The notes under the pieces: model-generated
The model's input: the letters and a program-made list of their open reading frames with translations, nothing else
Database searches by the model: none
What the model was told of the DNA's origin: nothing
DNA from: Anaeromyxobacteraceae bacterium
Lineage (GTDB): Bacteria > Myxococcota > Myxococcia > Myxococcales > Anaeromyxobacteraceae
Reading direction: 5' to 3'
Assembly (NCBI GenBank): GCA_032654565.1
Contig: JAULAX010000015.1
Location: forward strand, 1,120,001 to 1,184,000
DNA length: 64,000 nucleotides
Part shown: piece by piece, positions 9,886 through 18,454 of the stretch
Layout: every line of letters begins with the position of its first letter
Numbering within the stretch: the first letter of the stretch is position 1
Made by a program: the position numbers and the translations under genes

Positions 9886-9961
9886 CCTCGCGCCACCGGG
9901 AAGACCACCTGGCTCCGCCAGCACTTCGGGAAGGCTCGCTGGTTCAACCTGCTCCAGGAGA
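9886..9961 (+). pseudogene. 76-bp remnant of the AAA/DUF4143 ATPase gene (paralogous to 38408-38483)
   Basis: Ungapped alignment with 4 mismatches, all synonymous (PRATGKTTWLRQHFGKARWFNLLQE). Confidence 0.9.
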
Positions 9962-9966
9962 GACGG

Positions 9967-10914
9967 TCAGACCGCGCCCGACTTTCGGGCCGCCGCCTCC
10001 ACCGTCCGACCGCGAGCTTCGAGGAGGCGCGCATAGCGAAGCTTCATGTCGTCCGGCAGGTAGCACCGAGCGACGAGGTCGAGCGAGGGCGCGAGCGCGG
10101 CATGCACCTGCCCGAGGACCCGCACCGTCGCCTTGGGCGTGAGGCCGCAGTACGAGGCGAAGGTGAGCCATTGCCGCGGCGTGACCATTCGCCGGTTGCC
10201 GCTCACCGGGAGCGCCAGCTGGTCGTCCTCGACCACCAGGTCGGTGCAGAGGAGGTCGTAGGCCGGCGAGAGGCGGTGCAGGCCATCGACGCCGCGAAGG
10301 AGCGACAGGTTCTTGAGGTGCATGTCGCCGTTGCCAGTCCACCAGGCGAAGACCGCCTGCCGGAAGAGCGACAGGGCGGCCACCAGCGGCTCGGAGGCGT
10401 GGCGCCGAACCAGCCTGGCACAGAGCTCCGCGGATCCCTCGTACTTCTGCTTGGGGGCGAGCTCTCCGAGCTGGCAGAAGTCCTCCTGGAGGAGCTTCCT
10501 GCCTTCCGCGGTCCGATCGAACCGGCGCGTGAGGTAGGCCAGGCTCCCGTCGTGGAGCCTGACGAGACCGTTCGGGGGCACCTGGAGCCCCGCGGCCGCG
10601 GCGATGCGCATGGTGACGTGCTCGTTCTCGGGCAGGCTCGGGAAGACCTGGGCCTGGGGCTTCAGGATGAAGTGGCCCTTCTCCACGGCGACCCGGAGCG
10701 TGGCGCGGTCGGCGGTGAGCCCCACCGAGACCTTTCTCTGGACGCCCGAGAGCGAGGTGTGGCCCACCATGGCCTGGGCCACGGTGTGGAGCCTGGCCAG
10801 CTCCAGGTCGATGGCCGGGACGCGGGTCGATCCGAAGAGGGCCTTGGCGCAGCGGGCGTGGTACTCGCCTTCGCCGCGGACATCGGCCAGGCAGACCAGG
10901 CAGCGCGCGGTCAC
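9967..10914 (-). CDS. hipA: HipA-family kinase toxin (HipT-like, lacks the N-terminal subdomain)
   Basis: SLSGVQRK Gly-rich loop, FILKP, ENEH, RRFDR, QEDFCQ, GNGDMHLKN, LSPAYDL. Confidence 0.92.
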   Translation of the reverse strand: MTARCLVCLADVRGEGEYHARCAKALFGSTRVPAIDLELARLHTVAQAMVGHTSLSGVQRKVSVGLTADRATLRVAVEKGHFILKPQAQVFPSLPENEHVTMRIAAAAGLQVPPNGLVRLHDGSLAYLTRRFDRTAEGRKLLQEDFCQLGELAPKQKYEGSAELCARLVRRHASEPLVAALSLFRQAVFAWWTGNGDMHLKNLSLLRGVDGLHRLSPAYDLLCTDLVVEDDQLALPVSGNRRMVTPRQWLTFASYCGLTPKATVRVLGQVHAALAPSLDLVARCYLPDDMKLRYARLLEARGRTVEAAARKSGAV

Positions 10915-11246
10915 GCCGCCTCCCCGGTGGCGTCGACGACCTCGACCGCGCCGATGCAGTCGCCGCACGTGGCGAGCAGGAGCCCGAAGGCGTCGTCTCT
11001 CGAGATCTTGAGCTTCGCGGTGCTGAGCTCGAGGAGCCAGCCCTCCGGGAGGAGGTTCTCGAAGTACGGGTGGAGGCCGCGGTGGTCGAACGGCTCCGGG
11101 CGCAGGGGGAGCGTCAGGGAGATGGGCAGCCGGTCCGGGGTGGCCAGCCAGGTCGCGTCGTAGGTGAAGCGGGTGCCGGCCTCCCGCTCCTCGATGATGC
11201 CGACGCGGCGGCCGTCGAGCCTGACCAGCCCGCGCCGGGCGCTCAC
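10911..11246 (-). CDS. HipA N-terminal-domain protein (HipS-like)
   Basis: FTYD..W...PISLTLP...LHPYFENLLPEGW...DCIGAV; GTG start overlaps the upstream stop. Confidence 0.88.
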   Translation of the reverse strand: MSARRGLVRLDGRRVGIIEEREAGTRFTYDATWLATPDRLPISLTLPLRPEPFDHRGLHPYFENLLPEGWLLELSTAKLKISRDDAFGLLLATCGDCIGAVEVVDATGEAA

Positions 11247-11522
11247 GGCGCGGGCTCCTCGGCGCGGGTCGCGTCGACGGCGCCGAGCGTCTTGCCGAAG
11301 ACGGCCAGGACCCGGTTCACCACGTCCATGCGGAGCGTGGCCTTGCCGCGCTCGAGGTCCCAGATGGCGCGAGGGCCGACCCCCGCGAGCTCCGAGAGGG
11401 CGCGCTGCGTGAGGCCGGCCGCCTTGCGCCGGTCGCGGACGAGGAGCGCGAGCGCATTGGTCTCCCGATAGGGAGAAACACGCCTCTGGGTCGCTCTGCT
11501 CCGCGGCTTCTTCGTGGGTCAT
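11243..11522 (-). pseudogene. HipB/y4mF-like XRE HTH regulator with an apparent +1 frameshift right after the ATG
   Basis: Frame reads LALLVRDRRKAAGLTQRALSELAGVGPRAIWDLERGKATLRMDVVNRVLAVFG but has no in-frame upstream ATG/GTG/TTG; ATG at 11522 is 1 nt out of frame. Confidence 0.75.
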
Positions 11523-11620
11523 CTGAGCGTCAGTATCCCGATAGGGAGAAAAGACGTCAAGTCGGGCTCGTCGAAACCGGCCCGGAAGGCGCTCGGAGCG
11601 GTTGTATCCCGATCGGGAGA
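11461..11620. promoter_or_regulatory. three palindromic operators T(A/C)TCCCGAT(A/C)GGGAGA (11461-76, 11534-49, 11605-20) and promoter TTGACG-N17-GATACT (11532-11560, minus strand)
   Basis: Read directly; one operator overlaps the promoter spacer and -10 box. Confidence 0.82.
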
Positions 11621-11996
11621 CGTCAAGTGGCACTCCGTCGCGCGGCATGGCCACGGCATCCTGGAAGGCGGCCTCTACCCGCAGGCCAATCTCCACCAGC
11701 GGGAACGGATGCGCGCCATCGCCGCGGAGCGCTACGGCGGGCCGGTCGTGGAGCTGGAGCCGGTCATCGAGCCGCTCCCCGAGATCTCCAGGCCCGGTCA
11801 TCCACGGGAGCGACTCCCCTGGATGGCCTGCATGGCGCGGCTCTCCTCGGCGCCGGTCGATCCGGAGCTGGTCTCGTCGGAGCTGACGCTGCTCTGGTGG
11901 CAGGACGCTTTCGAGCTGCCGCTCCCGCAGGAGATCGAGCGCGCGGCCGCGGACCTGGACTGGGCCGGACGTGCCGAGGACGTGGACCAGCTTTGA
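11620..11996 (+). CDS. hypothetical protein, probably 5'-truncated
   Basis: Coding-like sequence (GILEGG...ELTLLWWQDAF...DLDWAGRAED) with no convincing start; start coordinate approximate. Confidence 0.4.
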
Positions 11997-12020
11997 GCCG
12001 GGGCCTCTTCCCTACCTGGG

Positions 12021-12608
12021 CTACACACCGCCAAGTGGAGGCGGCGTCTGCTCCTTCAGTCGGCTGCCGACTCGCTCTGCCGCAGGCGTTCCGAAGAGTC
12101 GCTCCACCACGGCGAGGAAGTTGAGCCTGAAGTCCTCCAGCGACCCGGTGACCTGAGTGCGCGCGTCGTAGTACCTGAGGATCAGCGTCTCCAGGTCGAG
12201 CGGTCTCCTGGCGTGGATGTCCGAGATGGCCGCGAGGTCATGGGCCTCGGCACGGCCGGCCTTCATGATCACCAGATCGTGCTGCTCGGGAACGAGGACG
12301 GTGAGGCGTTCGAGGCCTTCGAGCGGCAGGCGCAAACGTCGGTCCTCGTAGTCGTACGGCGCGACGAAGAACGAAACCGTCTGGAGAGGTACCGGTTGGG
12401 CCTGCTGCGCCCGGTCGACCGCCTCCCAGAACGACTTCAGCGCGATCGGTATGAGGTCGATGTCGGTGGTGGCGTGCCGCGTGTCGTAGACCAGCCCGAT
12501 GGCGGCTCCGCCGATCACCGTGATGGTCACGGGCCCGGTCAGCTCACGATCGAGCAGCCGGAGGAACGCCTCGAGTTCGTGAGGCTCGAAACTACGTGGC
12601 CCGGACAT
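12021..12608 (-). CDS. nucleotidyltransferase (DUF6036-like)
   Basis: VIGGAAI...ATTDIDL, DLVIMK.GR...HDL.AI motifs. Confidence 0.8.
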   Translation of the reverse strand: MSGPRSFEPHELEAFLRLLDRELTGPVTITVIGGAAIGLVYDTRHATTDIDLIPIALKSFWEAVDRAQQAQPVPLQTVSFFVAPYDYEDRRLRLPLEGLERLTVLVPEQHDLVIMKAGRAEAHDLAAISDIHARRPLDLETLILRYYDARTQVTGSLEDFRLNFLAVVERLFGTPAAERVGSRLKEQTPPPLGGV

Positions 12609-13371
12609 GTTTCCTCAGCAAGTCGCGAACGGAGGCCTCGGACATGTTCATGTAGAAGTTCCACCGGGTGGCCGCAGCAGGGCTGCGCTGCTCGGCGAGC
12701 TGGCGGTCGAAGGTGCCCTGCACGGATGGGAAGTAGCGGGCCCGCGTCCTGCGGGCGTCGAGGAGCTCCTCGGCCTGCGCGCAGAGCGCTGGAAGCCCGG
12801 CGGCCGTTCCGGTGAGGTCGAGCAGTACGCCCAGCTCCGCCTTGAGGTTCATGCGCCGGGCACCATCCATGAGCTCCGTCCAGTCGAGTTCGTTGGCGTG
12901 TTTGGCCAGGACGACCGGCAGCACGCGAAGGATCGTCGGGTCAGTCCGTGCAGCCTTCAGCCCGCGGAGGATCGAGTCCGAGAGCGAGTAGGCCGCCCTC
13001 GGCGTCTCCCCTTGCAAGGGAGCCCCGTGCGCGGCGAGAGAGGGGCGAAGCTCTGGATCGACCTCGCCGCCGGCCGGCTCGAGCCTGGCCGCCACGAGCA
13101 GCCCGGAGAGCGCCCGCGCCGAAGCGCTCCGCTCGTTCGGACGGACCAGGTGCGCCGACCCGATGGTCCGGACCTCCACGAGCCCGGCCTGTTCGAGCCG
13201 CTGAACCTCGACCGTGACGGCCCGAGGGGTCAACTTCGCGCGGCGCGCCAGCTCGCTCAGGGACGCCTCCTGGGCCTGGTCCGAGAACAGCGCTTCCACC
13301 AGGGCCCTCCGAGCCTTGGCCGGGAACAGGGCTTCAAGAACCAGGCTGGCGGAACGTAGCTGGTACTTCAT
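12592..13371 (-). CDS. winged-helix HTH protein, putative antitoxin partner of the NTase
   Basis: LF...ARRALVEALF...SLSELARRAKLTPRAV..EVQRLEQAGLV; overlaps the NTase gene. Confidence 0.7.
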   Translation of the reverse strand: MKYQLRSASLVLEALFPAKARRALVEALFSDQAQEASLSELARRAKLTPRAVTVEVQRLEQAGLVEVRTIGSAHLVRPNERSASARALSGLLVAARLEPAGGEVDPELRPSLAAHGAPLQGETPRAAYSLSDSILRGLKAARTDPTILRVLPVVLAKHANELDWTELMDGARRMNLKAELGVLLDLTGTAAGLPALCAQAEELLDARRTRARYFPSVQGTFDRQLAEQRSPAAATRWNFYMNMSEASVRDLLRKHVRAT

Positions 13372-13377
13372 ATGCTA

Positions 13378-13406
13378 AAGATAGTAAGAAAAATCCTAAG
13401 TGTCCA
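13378..13406 (-). promoter_or_regulatory. promoter TGGACA-N17-TATCTT, probably leaderless
   Basis: AT-rich patch; ATG 6 nt after the -10 box. Confidence 0.65.
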
Positions 13407-14436
13407 CCGGGGAACCGACTGTCGGCTTCCCGTACACCCCCAGCAGCGCCCTCGCCTGCTTCTCCAGCAGCTCCACCGCCTCCCTTGGGCCGTCGATGGT
13501 CGCCTCGCCGCCGTACCCCAGCACCTGGCCGACCAGGAAGTTCCCCGGCGTCACCCGGGTCTTCACCACCACCGCGCCGCCGGCACCGGTCCCAGCGCCC
13601 CCCGCCGCAGCTCCGGCGCCCCCAGCCGCCCCGCCGCGGCCCAAGGCGCGCGACCTGGCCAGCGCCGCCGACAGCCCGGTGAACCGCAGCGTCACCTCCA
13701 CCTCGGCGCCCGACTCGAAGAAGAGCCCCTTCTTCAGGTAGCGCGCCACCGGCGGCCCCTGGTGGGCCCCGAAGACGCGCGCCCCGAGCTCCACCGAGAC
13801 CACCCGGTCGAGCCGGTAGAGGTGCTCGGCCTTCTTCTCCACGTTCCAGGCCGCCAGGTACCAGAGCCCGCCGCGCTGGAAGAGCAGCCGCGGCTCGACG
13901 ACGCGCCTGGTGATGCCGGCGTCGGCGACCGCCCGGTACTCGAGCGTGGTCTCGAGCCGCTGGGCGATGGCCTGCTGCAGCGACGGCGCCCAGGGCTCGG
14001 GTGGCTTCTCGCCGAGGTCGAGCCCCCTGGCCAGCCGGTCGGTCTCCTCCCGCAGGAAGGGGGGCACCGCCTTGCGCAGCTTGCGGATCGCCTCCTTCAC
14101 CGGACGGCCGCCGTCCTTCTCGAAGGGCGCCAGGGCGGAGAGCAGCACCGCCCCCTCGGCGATGGAGAAGGACGGGGGCGTGCCGAAGTGGTGAGCGTAG
14201 GTGATCTGCACCTCGTCGTCCTCGACGTAGAGGTCAATCGCCTCCTCGGCGCCGCTCGGATCGACCCAGACGTTCTGCACCGCGGCGATGTCCTCGCGGA
14301 CCTGGGCCTCGCTGCGGGCGCCGCTCGCTTCCATGGCCTTGGCGAGCGGCAGGCCGCGGCCATTGCGCGCCGCGCGGGCCACCACCGGGATGAGCAGGAG
14401 CAGCCGGCGGAGCCGCTGCAGGGAGAGGTCACTCAC
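13396..14436 (-). CDS. WYL-domain regulator, PafC-like (HTH-WYL-WCX)
   Basis: LQRLRRLLLLIP N-terminus, RVVEPRLL...WYLAAW...YRLDRV; GTG start overlaps the upstream WYL stop. Confidence 0.88.
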   Translation of the reverse strand: MSDLSLQRLRRLLLLIPVVARAARNGRGLPLAKAMEASGARSEAQVREDIAAVQNVWVDPSGAEEAIDLYVEDDEVQITYAHHFGTPPSFSIAEGAVLLSALAPFEKDGGRPVKEAIRKLRKAVPPFLREETDRLARGLDLGEKPPEPWAPSLQQAIAQRLETTLEYRAVADAGITRRVVEPRLLFQRGGLWYLAAWNVEKKAEHLYRLDRVVSVELGARVFGAHQGPPVARYLKKGLFFESGAEVEVTLRFTGLSAALARSRALGRGGAAGGAGAAAGGAGTGAGGAVVVKTRVTPGNFLVGQVLGYGGEATIDGPREAVELLEKQARALLGVYGKPTVGSPVDT

Positions 14437-15986
14437 GGCGCCACCCCCGCTCCGGCGCCGAGCACGCGCTCGAGGAGCTCCCTCGCCATGGCGCGCCCCT
14501 CGGCCGGCTCGACCAGCTCGGCCTCCAGCCCCCAGGCCAGCGCCTGGCGGACCAGGCCGCGCAGGTTGCGCACCTCCAGCCACGCCAGGCGGGCGCCGCT
14601 CGGCTCGGTGCTGAGCTTCGCCTCGGGCAGCAATTGCCTGGCCACGCGCGCCAGCGAGCCGCGGAAGCGGATCGCGGCCGGTCTCGGGGCGTGGACGTCA
14701 TAGTCCCAGACCTGCTGCCGCGACCAGCGCTTGATGTCGAAGTCGGCCGGGATCTGGTAGTCGGGGTCCTGGGCGCGGACGCCGTTCTTCTTCAGCGTGC
14801 GGCAGCGCGAGAGGTAGAAGATGCGGACGGCGTTGCGCAGGTGGCAATGGCCCACCAGGATCCACTCGCCGCGGCGGAGCGCCCAGCCGTAGACGTCCAC
14901 CTGGCGCTGCACCACCTCGCCCGTCGCCGCGCGCCAGTAGTCGATGGTGAGGGTCTTGCGGGTCTTCCAGCCCTTGATGAGCGTGTCGAAGTGCCGGCGC
15001 TGCTCGGTGGCGTCCACGTCGGTGACGGCCGAGAGCTCCTCGGTGGCGGCGGCGCGAGGTGGCATGCCCTTGCCGCCGATGACCAGCTTGCGGACGGCGT
15101 TCTCCAGCTCGTCGCGGAGCGGGTGGTCCGAAAGTCGTAGTGCGCTTGCGCCGGCGAACCAGAGCAGCGCCGCCTCGTCAGGCGTGAACTCCACGGCCGG
15201 CAGGATGGTGGAGCGGGCGTCGAGCACGTAGCCGCTGGCCTCGGCGCGGCCGCCGAGCTCCACCGTCTCGAGCGCGAAGCCGAGGTCGCGCAGCAGCGTC
15301 TTGTCGCGCCCGAACTTCTTCTCCTTGGCGGCGGCGTTGCCGGCGTACTCCTTCGGGAAGGCGGCGTAGATGCGCTCGCGGCTGGCCGGCTCGTCCTGCG
15401 TGAGGAGCCACTGCGCCAGGCGGAGGCAACGAACGGAGCCGGTGTCGTCCTGGGGCGTGGCGCGGGGGGCGGGCATGGGCGGGTCGGAGTCTACCGCGAC
15501 AGCCGTACCGAGAGATGAGGCGAGTGAGAAGACGACGTCTTCCCGGGCGGCCGCGAGCTTGACGAGGGCGTTCCCGGAGCGGTCGGTGCCGGCCTGGCCG
15601 TCGGGGAGCAGAGCCCGCAGCCAGGACTGGTCGCCGGGCCCGGCGCGGAGCGAGAAGACCCGCTGCGCGGTGGCTCCCCAGCCCAGGTAGGCGCCACCGC
15701 TGAAGGCGTCGGCGTCGAAGGCGGGCGGGGGAGGGCGGGGGCGGGAGCGGGCGGCGGAGGCGGCCGATATGCGGGCCAGGTCGAGCACGCGCACCGAGCC
15801 GAGCTCGTGGAGGAGCGCCGCCACCAGCCAGCGGCCGGCGTCGGGCTTGAAGCCGAGCACCGAGGCGGTGAACGGGCCGCGGGCGAGGCCGGGCTGGCGG
15901 GTGGTGATGGTGACGGCGCGCCGGCGACCGGAGGCGTGGGCGAGGGTCTTCAGGGTGTCGAGGCGTCTTTGGGTGAGGCGAGACAT
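14433..15986 (-). CDS. WYL-domain regulator, PafB-like, with ~170-aa N-terminal extension
   Basis: EKKFGRDKTLLRDLGF (PafB-type RxFxRDK), GYVLD..LP.VEFTPDEAALL, RQVDVYG...WILVGHCHLRNAVRIFYLSR. Confidence 0.88.
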   Translation of the reverse strand: MSRLTQRRLDTLKTLAHASGRRRAVTITTRQPGLARGPFTASVLGFKPDAGRWLVAALLHELGSVRVLDLARISAASAARSRPRPPPPAFDADAFSGGAYLGWGATAQRVFSLRAGPGDQSWLRALLPDGQAGTDRSGNALVKLAAAREDVVFSLASSLGTAVAVDSDPPMPAPRATPQDDTGSVRCLRLAQWLLTQDEPASRERIYAAFPKEYAGNAAAKEKKFGRDKTLLRDLGFALETVELGGRAEASGYVLDARSTILPAVEFTPDEAALLWFAGASALRLSDHPLRDELENAVRKLVIGGKGMPPRAAATEELSAVTDVDATEQRRHFDTLIKGWKTRKTLTIDYWRAATGEVVQRQVDVYGWALRRGEWILVGHCHLRNAVRIFYLSRCRTLKKNGVRAQDPDYQIPADFDIKRWSRQQVWDYDVHAPRPAAIRFRGSLARVARQLLPEAKLSTEPSGARLAWLEVRNLRGLVRQALAWGLEAELVEPAEGRAMARELLERVLGAGAGVAP

Positions 15987-16015
15987 CTGGTGCTCCCGCT
16001 GCGGCTGCGGGAGTC

Positions 16016-16036
16016 ATCATGGGGAGGGGAGGGACA
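16016..16036 (-). promoter_or_regulatory. variant island promoter TGTCCC-N9-CATGAT upstream of the pafBC-like operon
   Basis: Same spacing as the TGTCCGT family; position conserved in the scar near 48900-48918; overlaps the last codons of the Fic gene. Confidence 0.5.
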
Positions 16037-17090
16037 TGGGGGGAGGAGCGGGATCGTACCAGGCGCCGCGGCCGGCCCCCAGCAGACGCAGGCGACCCGC
16101 CACGGTGAGCTGACGGAGGTGGAGCTTGACCGTGTTGCGGTTGGCGCCGGTCAGCTTCACGGCCGATGCGACCGTGAGCCGGCCATGCTCCCTGGCAAGG
16201 CGCAGCAGCGACTCGTCGAGCGCGGAGAGGGCGGCCATGAGCTGCTCCCGCTCCACCTTCCGCTCGAGGACGTGCGTCTGCTGGGAGAGGCAGCGCAGGA
16301 AGAAGGCGAGCCACTCGCCGAGCCGCTTCTCTCCCTTGTCGAGCGTAGACTGGGCTCGCCTCAGGGTCCGGTAGTACTCGTCCTTGTTCTCCTCGATGAC
16401 CCGCTCAAGCGAGCTGAAGGGCGCGTACTCGTAGCCAGCGCGCAGGAGGAGGAGAGTGGTGAGCACCCGCGACAGCCGTCCGTTGCCGTCCTGGAAAGGA
16501 TGGATGGCGAGGAAGCGGACCGTGAAGGTCCCGATGACCAGCAGGGGGTGGAGTTCACCGGCCTCCAGGGCCTGGCGAGTCCATCCGACCAGCCCTTCCA
16601 TCTGGCGCGGGGTGTCAAAGGGGCTGGTGGTCTCGAACACGACCCCCAGGCTCTTCCCGTCAGGCCCGAAGGCCTCGACATGGTTGGGGAGCTTCTTGTA
16701 CTGGCCGCGGTGGCGTTGGTCCCTGGTCGAGTGCCGGAGCAGGAGGTCGTGCAGCTGCTTCAAGTGGTTCTCGGTGAGCGTGAGCTCGCGCCAGGACTCG
16801 AAGACCAGCTCCATGGCCGCGGCGTAGCCGGCCACCTCCTGCTCGTCGCGAGACCGGAAGGAGCGGACGTCAATCCTGGAGAGGAGCCGGTCCACCTCGG
16901 CGTCGGAGAGCTTCGCTCCCTCGATGCGGGTCGAGGAGCCGACCGACTCGATGGTCGCCACCCGCCGCAGCGCCGAGAGCCGGTCTGGCGCCAGCCGGCC
17001 GAGCGCCTGCCACCGGCCCTTGAACTCGTCGAGCCCGGCAATGAGGCGCAAGAGAGCTGGCGTGATGGTGAGCGACCTGAGCGGGTCCAT
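16017..17090 (-). CDS. Fic-domain protein (class II, N-terminal inhibitory helix, C-terminal wHTH)
   Basis: HPFQDGNGRLSR catalytic motif; STRIEG inhibitory motif. Confidence 0.93.
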   Translation of the reverse strand: MDPLRSLTITPALLRLIAGLDEFKGRWQALGRLAPDRLSALRRVATIESVGSSTRIEGAKLSDAEVDRLLSRIDVRSFRSRDEQEVAGYAAAMELVFESWRELTLTENHLKQLHDLLLRHSTRDQRHRGQYKKLPNHVEAFGPDGKSLGVVFETTSPFDTPRQMEGLVGWTRQALEAGELHPLLVIGTFTVRFLAIHPFQDGNGRLSRVLTTLLLLRAGYEYAPFSSLERVIEENKDEYYRTLRRAQSTLDKGEKRLGEWLAFFLRCLSQQTHVLERKVEREQLMAALSALDESLLRLAREHGRLTVASAVKLTGANRNTVKLHLRQLTVAGRLRLLGAGRGAWYDPAPPPMSLPSP

Positions 17091-17848
17091 GGCTACCCGC
17101 GAATATACCCATTCATGACCGCAATGCAAAACGGGTATCACCGGATATGGCCATGGGCGGCCGGAGCGATTCCGCGCTGGGCCGCAGCACGACCCTGGAG
17201 GGAGCGACCAGCGATCGCCTCGCGGTCGACGTGCTGTTGTTTGTCACTCTCCATGCCGGACGTCGTGGCTGCCTCCAACGAGGCGGAGGAACGAACGACT
17301 GCCTTCGCTGACGTGCCGACAGGACCACACCACATATTCAATACTTAGGCCCAACATGGGTGCACGACACTCGAAAATTGACCAATAGTGAATAGTCTAT
17401 ACTGGCAACGACACGCTGCAAATCTCCGGAAACACCGTCGTACCAGCGAAACGATGCGAGTTCCCGATGCCCCGCCATTCCCCAGGCTGCCCCGCGAAGC
17501 CCCTCCAGGAATAGCAATGGAATAGCAAGCCAGCACACCTAGTCGACAGTCAACAGGACGGCATATGGCGGACCGCTCTCGGCGGCACTGCGACCAGGAG
17601 GGTCGTGCCCGCCTCGCATGCCTGACCGGGGTGCGGCACCCTCAAGCCGATGAACGATGGAACGCTCGGAACGACAGCGTTACCAAGGACGGTCACTCAT
17701 CAAGCCGTCGTTACCAGTCCGCCAAGGGCCCAACGCGCCGGGAGGCGCCGCTCGGCCCCGTCCACGGCCGTTGCCGGCCCAATCGCCGAGCTGGTCGCAT
17801 GCCCTGGCAACGGGCGATGGCCTGGCTGGAGCGCGCCAGTTCTCCCAC

Positions 17849-17883
17849 TTGCACAAAAGACAACGTTACGTTTACATTCGTGC
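17849..17883 (+). promoter_or_regulatory. promoter TTGCAC-N18-TACATT within a 33-bp imperfect inverted repeat (17851-17883)
   Basis: GCAC...AACGT-T-ACGTT...GTGC; ATG 6 nt after the -10 box. Confidence 0.65.
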
Positions 17884-17884
17884 G

Positions 17885-18454
17885 ATGCCGCCGCCGCGAA
17901 AGACGAGCTGGGACAAGCTCTTCCAGGCTGCCGAGGAGCAGGCCGGGCTGTTCACCGCCGAGCAGGCCCAGAAGGCCGGCCTCTACCGCCAGCTCCTGCG
18001 GCGCTACTTGGAGCACGGCCGGGTTCGCCGCCTCCGGCGCGGCATCTACCGCATCGTCCACTTTCCGACGATGGAGCACGAGGCGCTGGCGGAGTTCTGG
18101 CTCTGGACGGGCCGGGCGGGCGTGTTCTCGCACGAGACGGCGCTGTCGCTCCACGACCTCTCGGACGTCCTACCGCGGAGGGTCCACGCGACGGTTCCGC
18201 CCAGCTGGGCGAGCCGGAGGCTCCGCGTCCCGACGGGCCTCGTCCTGCACCACGCCGCGGTGCCCAGGACCGACCGGGCGTGGGTCGGGCCGGTGCCGGT
18301 GACGACTCCGGACCGGACGCTGGCGGACTGCGTGCGCGACCACGTCGCTCCGGACCTCGTCGAGCAGGCCATCGCCCAGGCCGAGGCTCGCGGGCTCATT
18401 CCCGCAGCGAGGGCCGCTGAACTGCGACGATCGGGACCCCGAGGAGGGGCATGA
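17885..18454 (+). CDS. abiEi: type IV TA AbiEi-family antitoxin
   Basis: QAGLFTAEQA..G...RLRRGIYR, FSHETALSLHDL, VPVTTPDRTLAD. Confidence 0.9.
   Translation: MPPPRKTSWDKLFQAAEEQAGLFTAEQAQKAGLYRQLLRRYLEHGRVRRLRRGIYRIVHFPTMEHEALAEFWLWTGRAGVFSHETALSLHDLSDVLPRRVHATVPPSWASRRLRVPTGLVLHHAAVPRTDRAWVGPVPVTTPDRTLADCVRDHVAPDLVEQAIAQAEARGLIPAARAAELRRSGPRGGA

Noticed and set aside
10911..11801. 296-aa ORF as a single real protein
   Set aside because: Only the last 111 aa are HipA-N-like; the upstream part crosses the hipB frame, promoter and operators
13570..13645. Gly/Ala-rich stretch in the PafC-like WCX domain
   Set aside because: In-frame low-complexity loop with no discrete repeat unit
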